The notes below the pieces were generated by a model. It saw nothing but the letters and a program-made list of their open reading frames with translations, was not told the origin of the DNA and searched no databases. Made by a program: the position numbers and the translations under genes. A stretch of DNA of 64,000 nucleotides from Gammaproteobacteria bacterium (GTDB lineage Bacteria; Pseudomonadota; Gammaproteobacteria; JACKNK01), in the NCBI GenBank assembly GCA_049604295.1, contig JBMYTL010000005.1:907-64906 (forward strand). The letters run 5' to 3'. This document shows, one piece after another, positions 17,634-26,870 of this stretch (position 1 is the stretch's first letter; every line of letters begins with the position of its first letter).

Positions 17634-19388
17634 ATGGCAGTGTCCGCTACCTCCGCGGAGACGGGGGGCGGTTCCATCTTGATGATGGATCGGCCGAAAC
17701 GCTGGGATAAGCCCTTCGATCCGAACATGTCGGACGAAGATGTTTTCTCACTCCTTCTGCGACCGGAATTTTCCGGCATTGATGCCAGCCGGTTCCCGGC
17801 CGCCGCCCCATTCGAGGGGATTCTCAAGAACGATTGCCGGATTCTGCGCTTCGCGCCCGGTGACATCATCGTTCGCGAGGGCGATTACGGTAACTCGGCT
17901 TTCCTCGTGCTTGGGGGCGATGCCCGTGTCGTATTCCAGGGGGGGCTGCCCGCTCACGTGTTGGGCAGGCAGTCGACCCATCGGCGCGGTTGGCTGCGCT
18001 CCCTGTTATCCGTGTTGCGTTGGAGTCCCATCAACGAGATGCGCGACACCTCCCGTTATCAGGCGACCCAGTCGAACGTCCAGGATGCCCCGGAAACACC
18101 ATCGCTCTTCCGCGTGCGTAACCCCGGGGAGATATTCAAAGAGGCCCCGTCGTCGGACCCCACTCATCCCGCGCCGCCCCTGCAGGATCATCTCAAGAGC
18201 GGGATTTTCCACGAAGGTGCGCTGTTCGGCGTGATCGCGGCCCTGGGCCGCGTCCGTCGCACGGCGACCATCTATGCGGAGACCCCATGCGAAGTCCTGG
18301 AAATGCGCTGGCAGGCCCTGCGCGATATCAAGGCCCGTGATGAAAGCTGGAACGAAATCATCGAGTCCAGCTACCGCGGTACCCAGTTGCAGATCCAGAT
18401 CAACGATCACCCGCTGTTCCGGGACCTGGACCCCCAGGTCCGTAAGAGGATCGTCGATGCCACTCTGAACGAGACCTACGGGAGCTTCGAGTGGCATGTG
18501 GGTTTCAAGGATCGGCCGCGCGGTGTGGCGTCGGAGAAAGACGAACCGTTGGTCAATCGCCAGGGCGATTATCCCGATGGGCTGCTGCTGGTGGGCGGTG
18601 GCTTCGGGCGCGTGGCCGTGGAGTTGAGTCATGGTCGGCGCACCATCGAGTACCTTCGCGAGGGCGATACCTACGGACTGGATGAGCTCTACGAGACCTG
18701 GAAAAGTGGCCAGGTTCAGCCCTTGCGCACCACGCTGACGGCGTTGGGTTACATGCATGTTATGCGTGTTCCCTACGATGTTCTGGTTGAGCACGTGTTT
18801 CCCGAAATGGAACCGCCGACTCAAAGCCTCGCCGATGCCGCGCAACGGCCGTTCGCTGATGATGCCTTTCTGGAGTGGGCCGTTCAGGAACGTTTCATCA
18901 ACGGCACCCGCACCATGCTCATCGATACCGAGCGATGCGTGCGCTGCGACGATTGCGTGCGTGCCTGCTCCAGGACCCATAACGGCAACCCGCGCTTCCT
19001 GCGGCATGGCAAATCGCTGGGCCACTGGATGGTCGCCAATGCCTGCATGCACTGTGTCGACCCCGTCTGCATGATCGGTTGTCCAACCGGTGCGATTCAC
19101 CGCAGCCTGGATGGCGGTTCGGTGATTATCAACGACGACAGCTGTATCGGTTGCGGTACCTGCGCCCAGTCCTGCCCCTACGACAATATTCGGCTGGTCG
19201 GGATCCAGGATACCGATGGACGGCCCGTCCTCGACCCCCAGAGTCAGAAACCCATCCTCAAGGCCACCAAGTGTGATTTGTGTGAGGGGCATCCCGGTGG
19301 ACCTTCCTGTGCCCGTGCCTGCCCGCACGATGCCTTGCAGAGGGTTGATCTCAGGGATCTGCTGCGCAGTAACGAGGCCGGTCTGTGA
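17634..19388 (+). CDS. Cyclic-nucleotide-binding-domain protein fused to a DmsB/NrfC-type 4x[4Fe-4S] ferredoxin
   Basis: cNMP-fold motifs GDIIVREGDYGNSAFLV, FGVIAALGRVRRTAT, RQGDYPDGLLLV. Sixteen Cys in CVRCDDCVRAC, CMHCVDPVCMIGC, CIGCGTCAQSC, CDLC...CARAC. No export signal. Confidence 0.9.
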   Translation: MAVSATSAETGGGSILMMDRPKRWDKPFDPNMSDEDVFSLLLRPEFSGIDASRFPAAAPFEGILKNDCRILRFAPGDIIVREGDYGNSAFLVLGGDARVVFQGGLPAHVLGRQSTHRRGWLRSLLSVLRWSPINEMRDTSRYQATQSNVQDAPETPSLFRVRNPGEIFKEAPSSDPTHPAPPLQDHLKSGIFHEGALFGVIAALGRVRRTATIYAETPCEVLEMRWQALRDIKARDESWNEIIESSYRGTQLQIQINDHPLFRDLDPQVRKRIVDATLNETYGSFEWHVGFKDRPRGVASEKDEPLVNRQGDYPDGLLLVGGGFGRVAVELSHGRRTIEYLREGDTYGLDELYETWKSGQVQPLRTTLTALGYMHVMRVPYDVLVEHVFPEMEPPTQSLADAAQRPFADDAFLEWAVQERFINGTRTMLIDTERCVRCDDCVRACSRTHNGNPRFLRHGKSLGHWMVANACMHCVDPVCMIGCPTGAIHRSLDGGSVIINDDSCIGCGTCAQSCPYDNIRLVGIQDTDGRPVLDPQSQKPILKATKCDLCEGHPGGPSCARACPHDALQRVDLRDLLRSNEAGL

Positions 19389-20233
19389 ACAGGCGCTTGA
19401 GCGGACCAATGAATCGGGGCATCGCACCGTGGCTGGGGTGGCTCATTCCTGTACTGCTGTCCTTCGGTCTGGTTGCCCTGGTGGCGACCTACGTGGCTTA
19501 CCAGAACGCCAACCTCGGCGCCCACGGGGAACTGTCCGGTTATCTTCTTCTGGCCGTTTTTGTTTCCCTGGCCGCGTTCAATATCCGTAAACGACTACCT
19601 GCTCCGCCCCTGGTGTCCGCCCGGACCTGGTTGCGCGTCCACGTGAGCCTGGGGGTGGGCGCCTTCTTCATGTATCTGTTCCACGTGGGGTCACTTTGGC
19701 CTAGCGGGCTATACGAGCAGGTGCTGGCCCTGCTCGTCTACGCGGTGTCCCTGAGCGGACTGATTGGCATGTTGCTGCAGCTCTACGTGCCCCGTCGGCT
19801 CGCCCAGATCCCGGAGGAGTTCATCTACGAACGGATTCCGGCCCTGCTCGCTGAAATGAGGACCGAGGCTGAGAACGAAATCATCGTCGCCACCGGACAG
19901 GACCAGGGCGATACCCTTGGGCGCTATTACCTGGAGACCCTGGCCTGGTTCTTCCAGCGCCCACGCTTTGCGGTCAGTCACGTGCTTGGGGATCGCAAGG
20001 GGCAGGCGTGGCTGGACACGCGCATCGCCGCCATCAGTCAGTACCTCAACGACGAGGGACGCGGGCACCTTGCCGTGATACGTGCAATCGGCCAACGCAA
20101 GAATGATCTGGACGCCCATTACGCCCTACAGCGCTTGCTCAAACTCTGGCTTTTCCTGCACGTGCCCCTTTCGGCCGGCCTGTTGTTTCTCGGCCTCTGG
20201 CATTGGCTCGTGGTCAACATTTATGTGCTCTGA
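19385..20233 (+). CDS. Polytopic membrane protein, putative di-heme cytochrome b
   Basis: Several TM helices; two helices each carry a His pair 14 residues apart (HVSLGVGAFFMYLFH and HVPLSAGLLFLGLWH). Confidence 0.7.
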   Translation: MNRRLSGPMNRGIAPWLGWLIPVLLSFGLVALVATYVAYQNANLGAHGELSGYLLLAVFVSLAAFNIRKRLPAPPLVSARTWLRVHVSLGVGAFFMYLFHVGSLWPSGLYEQVLALLVYAVSLSGLIGMLLQLYVPRRLAQIPEEFIYERIPALLAEMRTEAENEIIVATGQDQGDTLGRYYLETLAWFFQRPRFAVSHVLGDRKGQAWLDTRIAAISQYLNDEGRGHLAVIRAIGQRKNDLDAHYALQRLLKLWLFLHVPLSAGLLFLGLWHWLVVNIYVL

Positions 20234-20311
20234 AATGCTTCCCGACCTGCATGCCCGACGCTCTGACGTCGTTGGCTCTGCCCGCGGACCGCGGCCTATG
20301 GAGGCGTTTTG

Positions 20312-22177
20312 ATGGCCGAGCGTGACGGCAAGCAGTCCTTCCGTTTCGACCAAAGCGTCTACGAACGACCGTTGGGCAACTACCGGTGCGGCCGCGGCGC
20401 TGACTGGGATACCCCGTGTTGGCAGGGACCTGATGCGAAGGGCCGCTGCGGTGGATGCAGTGAGTGCACGCCCATCCGCAAGGGAGACGGCTGGCAATGC
20501 CAACGGCCCAAGCATGCCGGTGGCCCCTGCAAGGAGGGACCAAGGCCTGACGGCAGTTGTTGCAAACAACAGCCGCCTTGCACCCCGGTTCCGACGCTGC
20601 GTGCTTGGCGGGGACGGATTTCGGCCCTGGTGGTGGTGTTGATCCTCGCGGCACTGGGCGTTTTCGCCAATCACGGGTCTCAGTCCGGTGCGGGGCTGCT
20701 GGCTCTGGAGCCCGGTGCACTATCGAGTGTTCATGCGGGATTCACGCGCGAGAAGGGGTGCACGTCCTGTCACGAGGCCCATGGAGGTTCGGCGACCAGT
20801 TGGTTGGCTTCGGTCTTCTCGGACAGCGACCCCAGTGCCCAGTGCCAACAGTGCCATGCCTTCGAGGGCCCCGCCGATGCGGCACACAACAATGCCGAGG
20901 TTCACGACGGTGAGGGTCTCGCCTGCACGCTCTGCCACACTGAACACCAGGGAGAGGATGCGGACGTGGCCGCGGTACCTGATGGCACCTGCGCGAACTG
21001 TCATGACCCGCATATCGATCGTTTCGAGGACAACCATCCCGGATTTTCAGAGGGCTTTCCGCATCGACGCCCCGGGGTCATCCAGTTCGATCACACGACC
21101 CACATTTCCAGTTATTTCAGTGATCCCGAGTGGACTGGAAAGCCCGGGCGGGACGCGGAATTTGCCGAGAGGGCCAGTCAAAGCTGCACGGTCTGTCACC
21201 AGGTCGATGGCGCGACGCGCGAGGTCCTGCCCCGGCCCTATGAGCAGATCTGTGGGCGCTGTCACGATCAGCAGGTTGCGGCCAACCCGCTGTTCCTGTT
21301 CCGCCCTGACGAGATGACCGTGGCGGGTGCCATGGTGCTGGGCATGCACCCGGAAGACGCTGACGAAGACGAGTATCTGGAGCGTCAGGCCGAGCTGTTC
21401 CAATCCATAGTGGATGAAGGACCGGACCCATTGGCGGAACCACTGGCCTTCGGTAGCGAGGTCGACGAGGATGCTCCGCACCCGGCGGTAACGCTGCTCA
21501 GTGGCATGGACATGTCCATGCTGGTCGCGACCTTCGCGGCCTGGGCCGAGGAGGAGGAGCCGGAAGGCCCCGAGTCCGAACTGCTTCCTTCGAGCGGCTG
21601 GATCGGTGGCTATGATCCTGATGGAAACCAGGCCTTGCATTACCGGCCTTCCCGCCATGGCGATCCGGTTCTGAAAGCCTGGTTCGAAACACTTTCCAGC
21701 CTGCGCGCGGGCGCGGACGAAGAACGGGCCGAGCATGCCACCGTCGCTCTTGAAACCCTTCTTGACGCCGATTCCGGGCCTGGAAGTTGCGCGAAATGCC
21801 ACCGAGCGGGTATCGCCCGGCCCGAACCCTCAGCCACCGGTGCGGTGCTTTGGAAGCGCGCCCGACTCGGAACGGGCGGGCACACGCGTTATTCCCACGG
21901 TCCACACCTGAACCTTGTCGACAGTGGTTCCGGTTGCACCGAGTGCCATGGGATCAATGACGAGGCCGCATATTCCGACTACTTCGACGGGGTAGAGCGG
22001 GACGCGACTGATTACGCGAGCAACTTCTCACCCATCGCGAAAGATTCGTGCAGCCGTTGCCACCGCGAAGGTGTGGTGGATAACGGTTGCCAGCTTTGTC
22101 ACCAGTATCACCGTTCACCCGGATTCCGGAAGCAGTTCACCGACAAGGGGATGCCCCATGTATCAAACAAGGAATAA
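20312..22177 (+). CDS. Membrane-anchored decaheme c-type cytochrome with a Cys-rich N-terminal domain
   Basis: Ten CxxCH (CTSCH, CQQCH, CTLCH, CANCH, CTVCH, CGRCH, CAKCH, CTECH, CSRCH, CQLCH) after one TM; ten non-heme Cys before the TM. Confidence 0.92.
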   Translation: MAERDGKQSFRFDQSVYERPLGNYRCGRGADWDTPCWQGPDAKGRCGGCSECTPIRKGDGWQCQRPKHAGGPCKEGPRPDGSCCKQQPPCTPVPTLRAWRGRISALVVVLILAALGVFANHGSQSGAGLLALEPGALSSVHAGFTREKGCTSCHEAHGGSATSWLASVFSDSDPSAQCQQCHAFEGPADAAHNNAEVHDGEGLACTLCHTEHQGEDADVAAVPDGTCANCHDPHIDRFEDNHPGFSEGFPHRRPGVIQFDHTTHISSYFSDPEWTGKPGRDAEFAERASQSCTVCHQVDGATREVLPRPYEQICGRCHDQQVAANPLFLFRPDEMTVAGAMVLGMHPEDADEDEYLERQAELFQSIVDEGPDPLAEPLAFGSEVDEDAPHPAVTLLSGMDMSMLVATFAAWAEEEEPEGPESELLPSSGWIGGYDPDGNQALHYRPSRHGDPVLKAWFETLSSLRAGADEERAEHATVALETLLDADSGPGSCAKCHRAGIARPEPSATGAVLWKRARLGTGGHTRYSHGPHLNLVDSGSGCTECHGINDEAAYSDYFDGVERDATDYASNFSPIAKDSCSRCHREGVVDNGCQLCHQYHRSPGFRKQFTDKGMPHVSNKE

Positions 22178-23927
22178 ACGCTCATCAAGGCCCGCTTGGC
22201 GTGTGCTGTGCGGCCTCGCTTTGCTGGCCGCCCTGTCGGCACCGGCAAACGCTGCCCAACATGGGGGGGCGACCGCCACTGATCCCCACGCCGAGGTGTT
22301 CAGCGAGGAGCAGTTTCCCAGCGCTTCCAAGTGCGCGGGTTGTCATCAACAGATCTATGACGAGTGGAGCAGTTCGAATCACGCGTATGCGGGAATCTCG
22401 CCGATGTTCCACAAGTTCGAGCAGAAGATCAGCGATCTCGCGCCGACCATCGGTAATTTCTGTGTGCGTTGTCACATGAGCGTCGGTACCACCCTGGGTG
22501 AAGATCGGGCTGCGCCTCTGTGGGAACGCAGTCAGGTCAGTCGTGAGGGCGTGACCTGCATCACCTGTCACCGGGTGAAACAGACCTATGGCAAGGTCAA
22601 CGGGGAACGGCGCATCGAGCCCGGTTCCATCTACGAGCCGGTGTATGGCCCGTACGATGGCGACACGGTCGCGGAGGTGGTCAAAAACCCCGCGGCCTAC
22701 AAGGTGGCCGTCAACGATGAGCAGCGCGGAACGAAGATCCACACGGCCGCGATCAAGTTCGAGCAGATATCCAAGTCCGAGTTCTGTGTCTCCTGTCACC
22801 AGGTTGCGGTGAATCTCGGGATCAAACTCGAGGTGGTATGGGACCAGTACCGGAACTCACCGGCCCATGCGGAGGGCACCACCTGTCAGGATTGCCACAT
22901 GGGCAAAGTCCCCGGAGTGGCAGCGGGCTACGAGAAGGGACCGTCGGCCATCGTCGGCGGTAAGGAGATCAACCCTGATCGCGATCACCACAACCATGCC
23001 TTCTACGGTCCGGGCTATCCGATTGCCCATCCCGGCGTGTTCCCCCACCATCCGGAGGCGGAAAACTGGTCCATGGAAGAGTGGCTGCAGTTCGATTACC
23101 GCGCCGGTTGGGGTACCGATGAATTCGAGGAGAAGATCGACGAAGGTACGCTGAAGGTCACCTTCCCCGAGGTTTGGGAGGACGTCGGAGACCGCGAGGA
23201 GGCGCGCGAGATCATTGAGGAGAACCTTGAGAAGATCGAGGAGAAGCGCGAGCAGCGCCAACAGGTCATGGAAAACGGTTCACGCATCGATGGGCCGTTC
23301 TTCGCGGGCGACCCCAAGGCGGGCGAGGATCTGAAGTTCCACTACACCGTGACCAATACCGATCCCGGTCATAACCTGCCTTCTGGTTCCCTGGGGGCTC
23401 AGCCGGAGATCTGGCTCAATGTCGCCCTGGTCGATCCCGATGGCGAGCGCATCTGGGAATCCGGTTACGTCGACAGCATCGGAGACATGGCGGACCTGCA
23501 CTCCCACGATGTGCGAACCGGCAAGGTTGCCCACGACGATCAGCTGTTCAACCTGCAGACGAAGTTCCTGACCACCAACGTCAAGGGTACGGACAGGGAG
23601 ATGTATCTGCCCGTCAATGTCGACATCGACCAGCTTCCCTTCCTGCGGCCGCCGGCCCAGCCCGTGACCGTAATGAACCATCCGCCATTCGTGCGCATGG
23701 AAGGCCGTTCGCTGCCCCCGCTCGCCAGTCGCGATGCCCGCTACAGCGTGCCCGCGGAGCTTCTTGGCAAGCCCGGTACCTACCGGTTGTCGGTGCGCAT
23801 GCGCAGTCGGGCGGAACCGATTTACTTCATGCGGTTCGTAGGCGCGACCAACGACATGGAGCGGGCCATGAATGAATGGATGCTCGACATCCACCCGTAC
23901 ACCGTTGAATTCGAAATCAAGGGCTGA
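22158..23927 (+). CDS. Exported pentaheme c-type cytochrome with a heme-free C-terminal domain
   Basis: Signal peptide ending ANA|A; CAGCH, CVRCH, CITCH, CVSCH, CQDCH; C-terminal VTNTDPGHNLPSG beta-rich domain. Confidence 0.9.
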   Translation: MYQTRNKRSSRPAWRVLCGLALLAALSAPANAAQHGGATATDPHAEVFSEEQFPSASKCAGCHQQIYDEWSSSNHAYAGISPMFHKFEQKISDLAPTIGNFCVRCHMSVGTTLGEDRAAPLWERSQVSREGVTCITCHRVKQTYGKVNGERRIEPGSIYEPVYGPYDGDTVAEVVKNPAAYKVAVNDEQRGTKIHTAAIKFEQISKSEFCVSCHQVAVNLGIKLEVVWDQYRNSPAHAEGTTCQDCHMGKVPGVAAGYEKGPSAIVGGKEINPDRDHHNHAFYGPGYPIAHPGVFPHHPEAENWSMEEWLQFDYRAGWGTDEFEEKIDEGTLKVTFPEVWEDVGDREEAREIIEENLEKIEEKREQRQQVMENGSRIDGPFFAGDPKAGEDLKFHYTVTNTDPGHNLPSGSLGAQPEIWLNVALVDPDGERIWESGYVDSIGDMADLHSHDVRTGKVAHDDQLFNLQTKFLTTNVKGTDREMYLPVNVDIDQLPFLRPPAQPVTVMNHPPFVRMEGRSLPPLASRDARYSVPAELLGKPGTYRLSVRMRSRAEPIYFMRFVGATNDMERAMNEWMLDIHPYTVEFEIKG

Positions 23928-23938
23928 GGGGCAGAACC

Positions 23939-25483
23939 ATGGAAAAACGTACACACACGCACCAGTGGCCCCGTCTGGCACTCGCTCCATTGTCCGCGGC
24001 CCTGTTGGCCGCCGGTCTTACAGCCTCCGTGCCCGCGCTGGCCGCCGGGGGGCACGATGACAGCCCCCCGCGCATGTCGCCGGCTGCCGCCCCCGTCGAT
24101 CACGACGAAGAGGCGTTTGGTCCTGACCCGAGCTATGAAGAGAAGCCGTACGATATCGAGGCGCAACTGGAGATCTATGGTGGCAAGCGGGCCGTCAACA
24201 ATCCCCGTCCAGCCATCGAGATCGGTCAGCCCATCTATGTGGCCGGGCAACTGGAGACACCCGGTCATGGCTGGGGTGCCAAGAACCCCAGCGCGCACGC
24301 TTTCTCCGTTTACGGCGACTGGCGCAATGCCGTGGCCTGGAACGACAACGGTGTCGTCGAAACGGGACAGGTCGCCACGCGTTTGAATCTCGACCTCGAC
24401 TGGAAGCTCACAGGCACCGAGCGCCTGCATGCCTCCGTGCGCCCCCTGGACAACAATGGAGACTTCACGCGCTGCGAAGTGGCGGGGGATACGCCCGACG
24501 ACTGTCAGCTCAAATTCGACCTCAATCCCGACACCCTGTTCTTTGAGGGAGACCTGGGCGCGATCAGTGCGGGCTTCACGGACGAATACAGCAGCTTTGA
24601 CCTGCCGATCGCCTTCGGGAAGATGCCCTTGCTGTTCCAGAACGGCGTTTGGATGGAGGACATCATCACCGGTGTTGCCTTCACGCTTCCCGCCCTGAAC
24701 AGCCCGTCCATGGATATCTCGAACATGGACATCACCTTCCTGGCGGCCTTCGATGACGTCAGCTCCGGCGGGATGATCGAACCCACGGGCCAGGTGGCCG
24801 AGCACGGCGCCAACCTGTTCGCCGTCACGGCGTTCGTCGAGGCCAACCAGGGATACTGGGAGTTCGGTTACGGTTTCACCGACGGTGAGGACAACCTCGA
24901 TGACCAGGACTATCACAACATCACCGCCGCGTTCACCAAACGCTACGGTGGCTGGCTTTCGAACAGCGTGCGCGTGATACACAACTTCGGTCAGGATCGG
25001 ATCGGCGGGGCGGCTGAGACCGCGGACGGCACATTGTTCCTGATCGAGAACTCCCTGATCACAAGCAAGCCGCTCACCCTGGTTCCGTATGCCAACCTGT
25101 TTCTCGGGCTCGACACGCCCCAGTCCCTGGCGCGCGATGCCGGTGCGGGTGGCGTCCTGAAGAACACCGGTATCAACTTTGAGACCGATGGCCTGACCGG
25201 CTTCCCCACGCTTGATGCGACCGCCCGCAATACCTGGGGTGGCGCGTTGGGTATCCAGTACCTGTTCAACCTCGATCAGCAGATCGTGTTCGAGGTGGCC
25301 ACCGTGCAGACCATTGGCGATGCCGCCGGGCGCAATGCACCTGGCGAGCAGTACGGGGTGGGCCTGCGCTATCAGTATGTGCTCGATGAGAAATGGCTGT
25401 TGCGCGCCGACGCCATGTTCGGGTCGCGGGAGAATCTCGAGAATATCTCGGGTATCCGCTTCGAGATCCGGCGGAAGTTCTGA
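23939..25483 (+). CDS. Outer-membrane beta-barrel (porin-like) protein
   Basis: Signal peptide ending ALA|A, many amphipathic beta segments (RLNLDLDWKL, YWEFGYGF, GALGIQYLF, YGVGLRYQY), terminal GIRFEIRRKF with C-terminal Phe. Confidence 0.78.
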   Translation: MEKRTHTHQWPRLALAPLSAALLAAGLTASVPALAAGGHDDSPPRMSPAAAPVDHDEEAFGPDPSYEEKPYDIEAQLEIYGGKRAVNNPRPAIEIGQPIYVAGQLETPGHGWGAKNPSAHAFSVYGDWRNAVAWNDNGVVETGQVATRLNLDLDWKLTGTERLHASVRPLDNNGDFTRCEVAGDTPDDCQLKFDLNPDTLFFEGDLGAISAGFTDEYSSFDLPIAFGKMPLLFQNGVWMEDIITGVAFTLPALNSPSMDISNMDITFLAAFDDVSSGGMIEPTGQVAEHGANLFAVTAFVEANQGYWEFGYGFTDGEDNLDDQDYHNITAAFTKRYGGWLSNSVRVIHNFGQDRIGGAAETADGTLFLIENSLITSKPLTLVPYANLFLGLDTPQSLARDAGAGGVLKNTGINFETDGLTGFPTLDATARNTWGGALGIQYLFNLDQQIVFEVATVQTIGDAAGRNAPGEQYGVGLRYQYVLDEKWLLRADAMFGSRENLENISGIRFEIRRKF

Positions 25484-25564
25484 TGCCGAACCTGAACCCA
25501 TCCGTTCCTGCCTCCGCACCCCGCGAAGGGTACAAGGGGTTCCTCAGCACGAGGAGGGCGCCTC

Positions 25565-26833
25565 ATGGAGTTTGATCTCGTTCAATGGCTGGGGAGTGCG
25601 GTGATACTCCTGATCGGAGCCTATGTCGTCTCCCTGCTCGTGGGCTTCTGGTCGGGACAGGCCCGTGCCCGGCGCCAGTTTGCCCTTGAGCAGAAGCTTC
25701 TCGGTGCGCGTATCGAGCAGGCTACCAGTCCTCTGGGGCAGGTGGGTGGCAGCTCAGGGCCCGCTTGGTCCGGCCTGCGCAAGTTCATCATCAAGGCTAA
25801 GGTTCTGGAAGCTGAGAGCATCTGCTCGTTTTATCTGGCGCCCCATGATGCGCGGCCCCTGCCGCCTTTCTTCCCGGGCCAGTTTCTGACCTTCCAGTTG
25901 GACCTGCCCGGTAATCGCGGCAGCCTCACCCGTTGTTACTCGCTATCGGATGCGCCGGTGCATCCGGATTATTACCGGGTCACCATCAAGCGCATTGCGC
26001 CTCCCAGGGATAAGCCGGAACTGCCCCCCGGAAAGGGCTCGAGCCATTTCCACGATGACCTGCGTGAAGGGCAGGTCATCAACGTCAAGGCCCCAGGTGG
26101 CCATTTCTATCTTGATGTAGAGAGCGACAAACCGGTTGTTCTCATCGGCGGCGGAATCGGCCTGACCCCGGTGCTCAGCATGCTCAACTATCTGTGCCAT
26201 CAGGAGTCGGAGCGCGAGATCTGGTTCTTCTACGGGGTCCGCAACAGCAGCGAGCACGTGATGAAAGAGTTTCTTGCCAGACAGGCGGAGGAACACCCGA
26301 ACGTCAAGCTCAATATCTGCTATTCCGATCCGCTCGAAGGTGACCAGAAAGGCACGGATTATCAACACGCCGAGCGCGTCTCCGTGGATCTGTTCAAGCG
26401 GCTCCTGCCGTCGAACAATTACAGTTTCTATATCTGCGGCCCACCGCCGATGATGGCCTCACTCACCGAGGGGCTCGCGGAATGGGGCGTTCCGGAGGCG
26501 GATGTCCACTTCGAGGCATTCGGTCCGGCGTCGGTCAAAAAGGTCGCCCATTCCGAGCAGGAATCAAAGGTTCACGAAGGCCTGGAAGTGCGGTTTGCGC
26601 GCAGCGATAAGACCCTGGTCTGGGATGGGGCATCCAGCTCCATCCTCGAATTTGCCGAGAGCAACGGTATCAATCTCGACTGTGGCTGCCGGGCGGGTGG
26701 ATGCGGAAGCTGTGCCACCGCGATTCAGGCAGGCAGCGTTGAGTACGTCACGGAGCCGGATGCCGACGTCGAAAAAGGCCACTGCCTGACCTGCGTGTCC
26801 ATCCCGAAGACCGCGCTCACACTCGATGCCTGA
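25565..26833 (+). CDS. Membrane-anchored FAD/NAD(P)-binding oxidoreductase with C-terminal [2Fe-2S] ferredoxin (FNR/PaaE/Hcr-like)
   Basis: N-terminal TM; RCYSL, GGGIGLTP, YICGPPPM, EAFG; CRAGGCGSC...LTC. Confidence 0.92.
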   Translation: MEFDLVQWLGSAVILLIGAYVVSLLVGFWSGQARARRQFALEQKLLGARIEQATSPLGQVGGSSGPAWSGLRKFIIKAKVLEAESICSFYLAPHDARPLPPFFPGQFLTFQLDLPGNRGSLTRCYSLSDAPVHPDYYRVTIKRIAPPRDKPELPPGKGSSHFHDDLREGQVINVKAPGGHFYLDVESDKPVVLIGGGIGLTPVLSMLNYLCHQESEREIWFFYGVRNSSEHVMKEFLARQAEEHPNVKLNICYSDPLEGDQKGTDYQHAERVSVDLFKRLLPSNNYSFYICGPPPMMASLTEGLAEWGVPEADVHFEAFGPASVKKVAHSEQESKVHEGLEVRFARSDKTLVWDGASSSILEFAESNGINLDCGCRAGGCGSCATAIQAGSVEYVTEPDADVEKGHCLTCVSIPKTALTLDA

Positions 26834-26870
26834 GTCATGGCCGATCCACGCAGCATGAGACAGTCCTGAC

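Noticed and set aside
20312-25483. Canonical MtrA/MtrB (or PioAB/MtoAB) pair
   Set aside because: The decaheme is inner-membrane anchored, about twice MtrA length, with hemes split 6+4 by a long acidic region; the barrel is shorter than MtrB and not adjacent to the decaheme.
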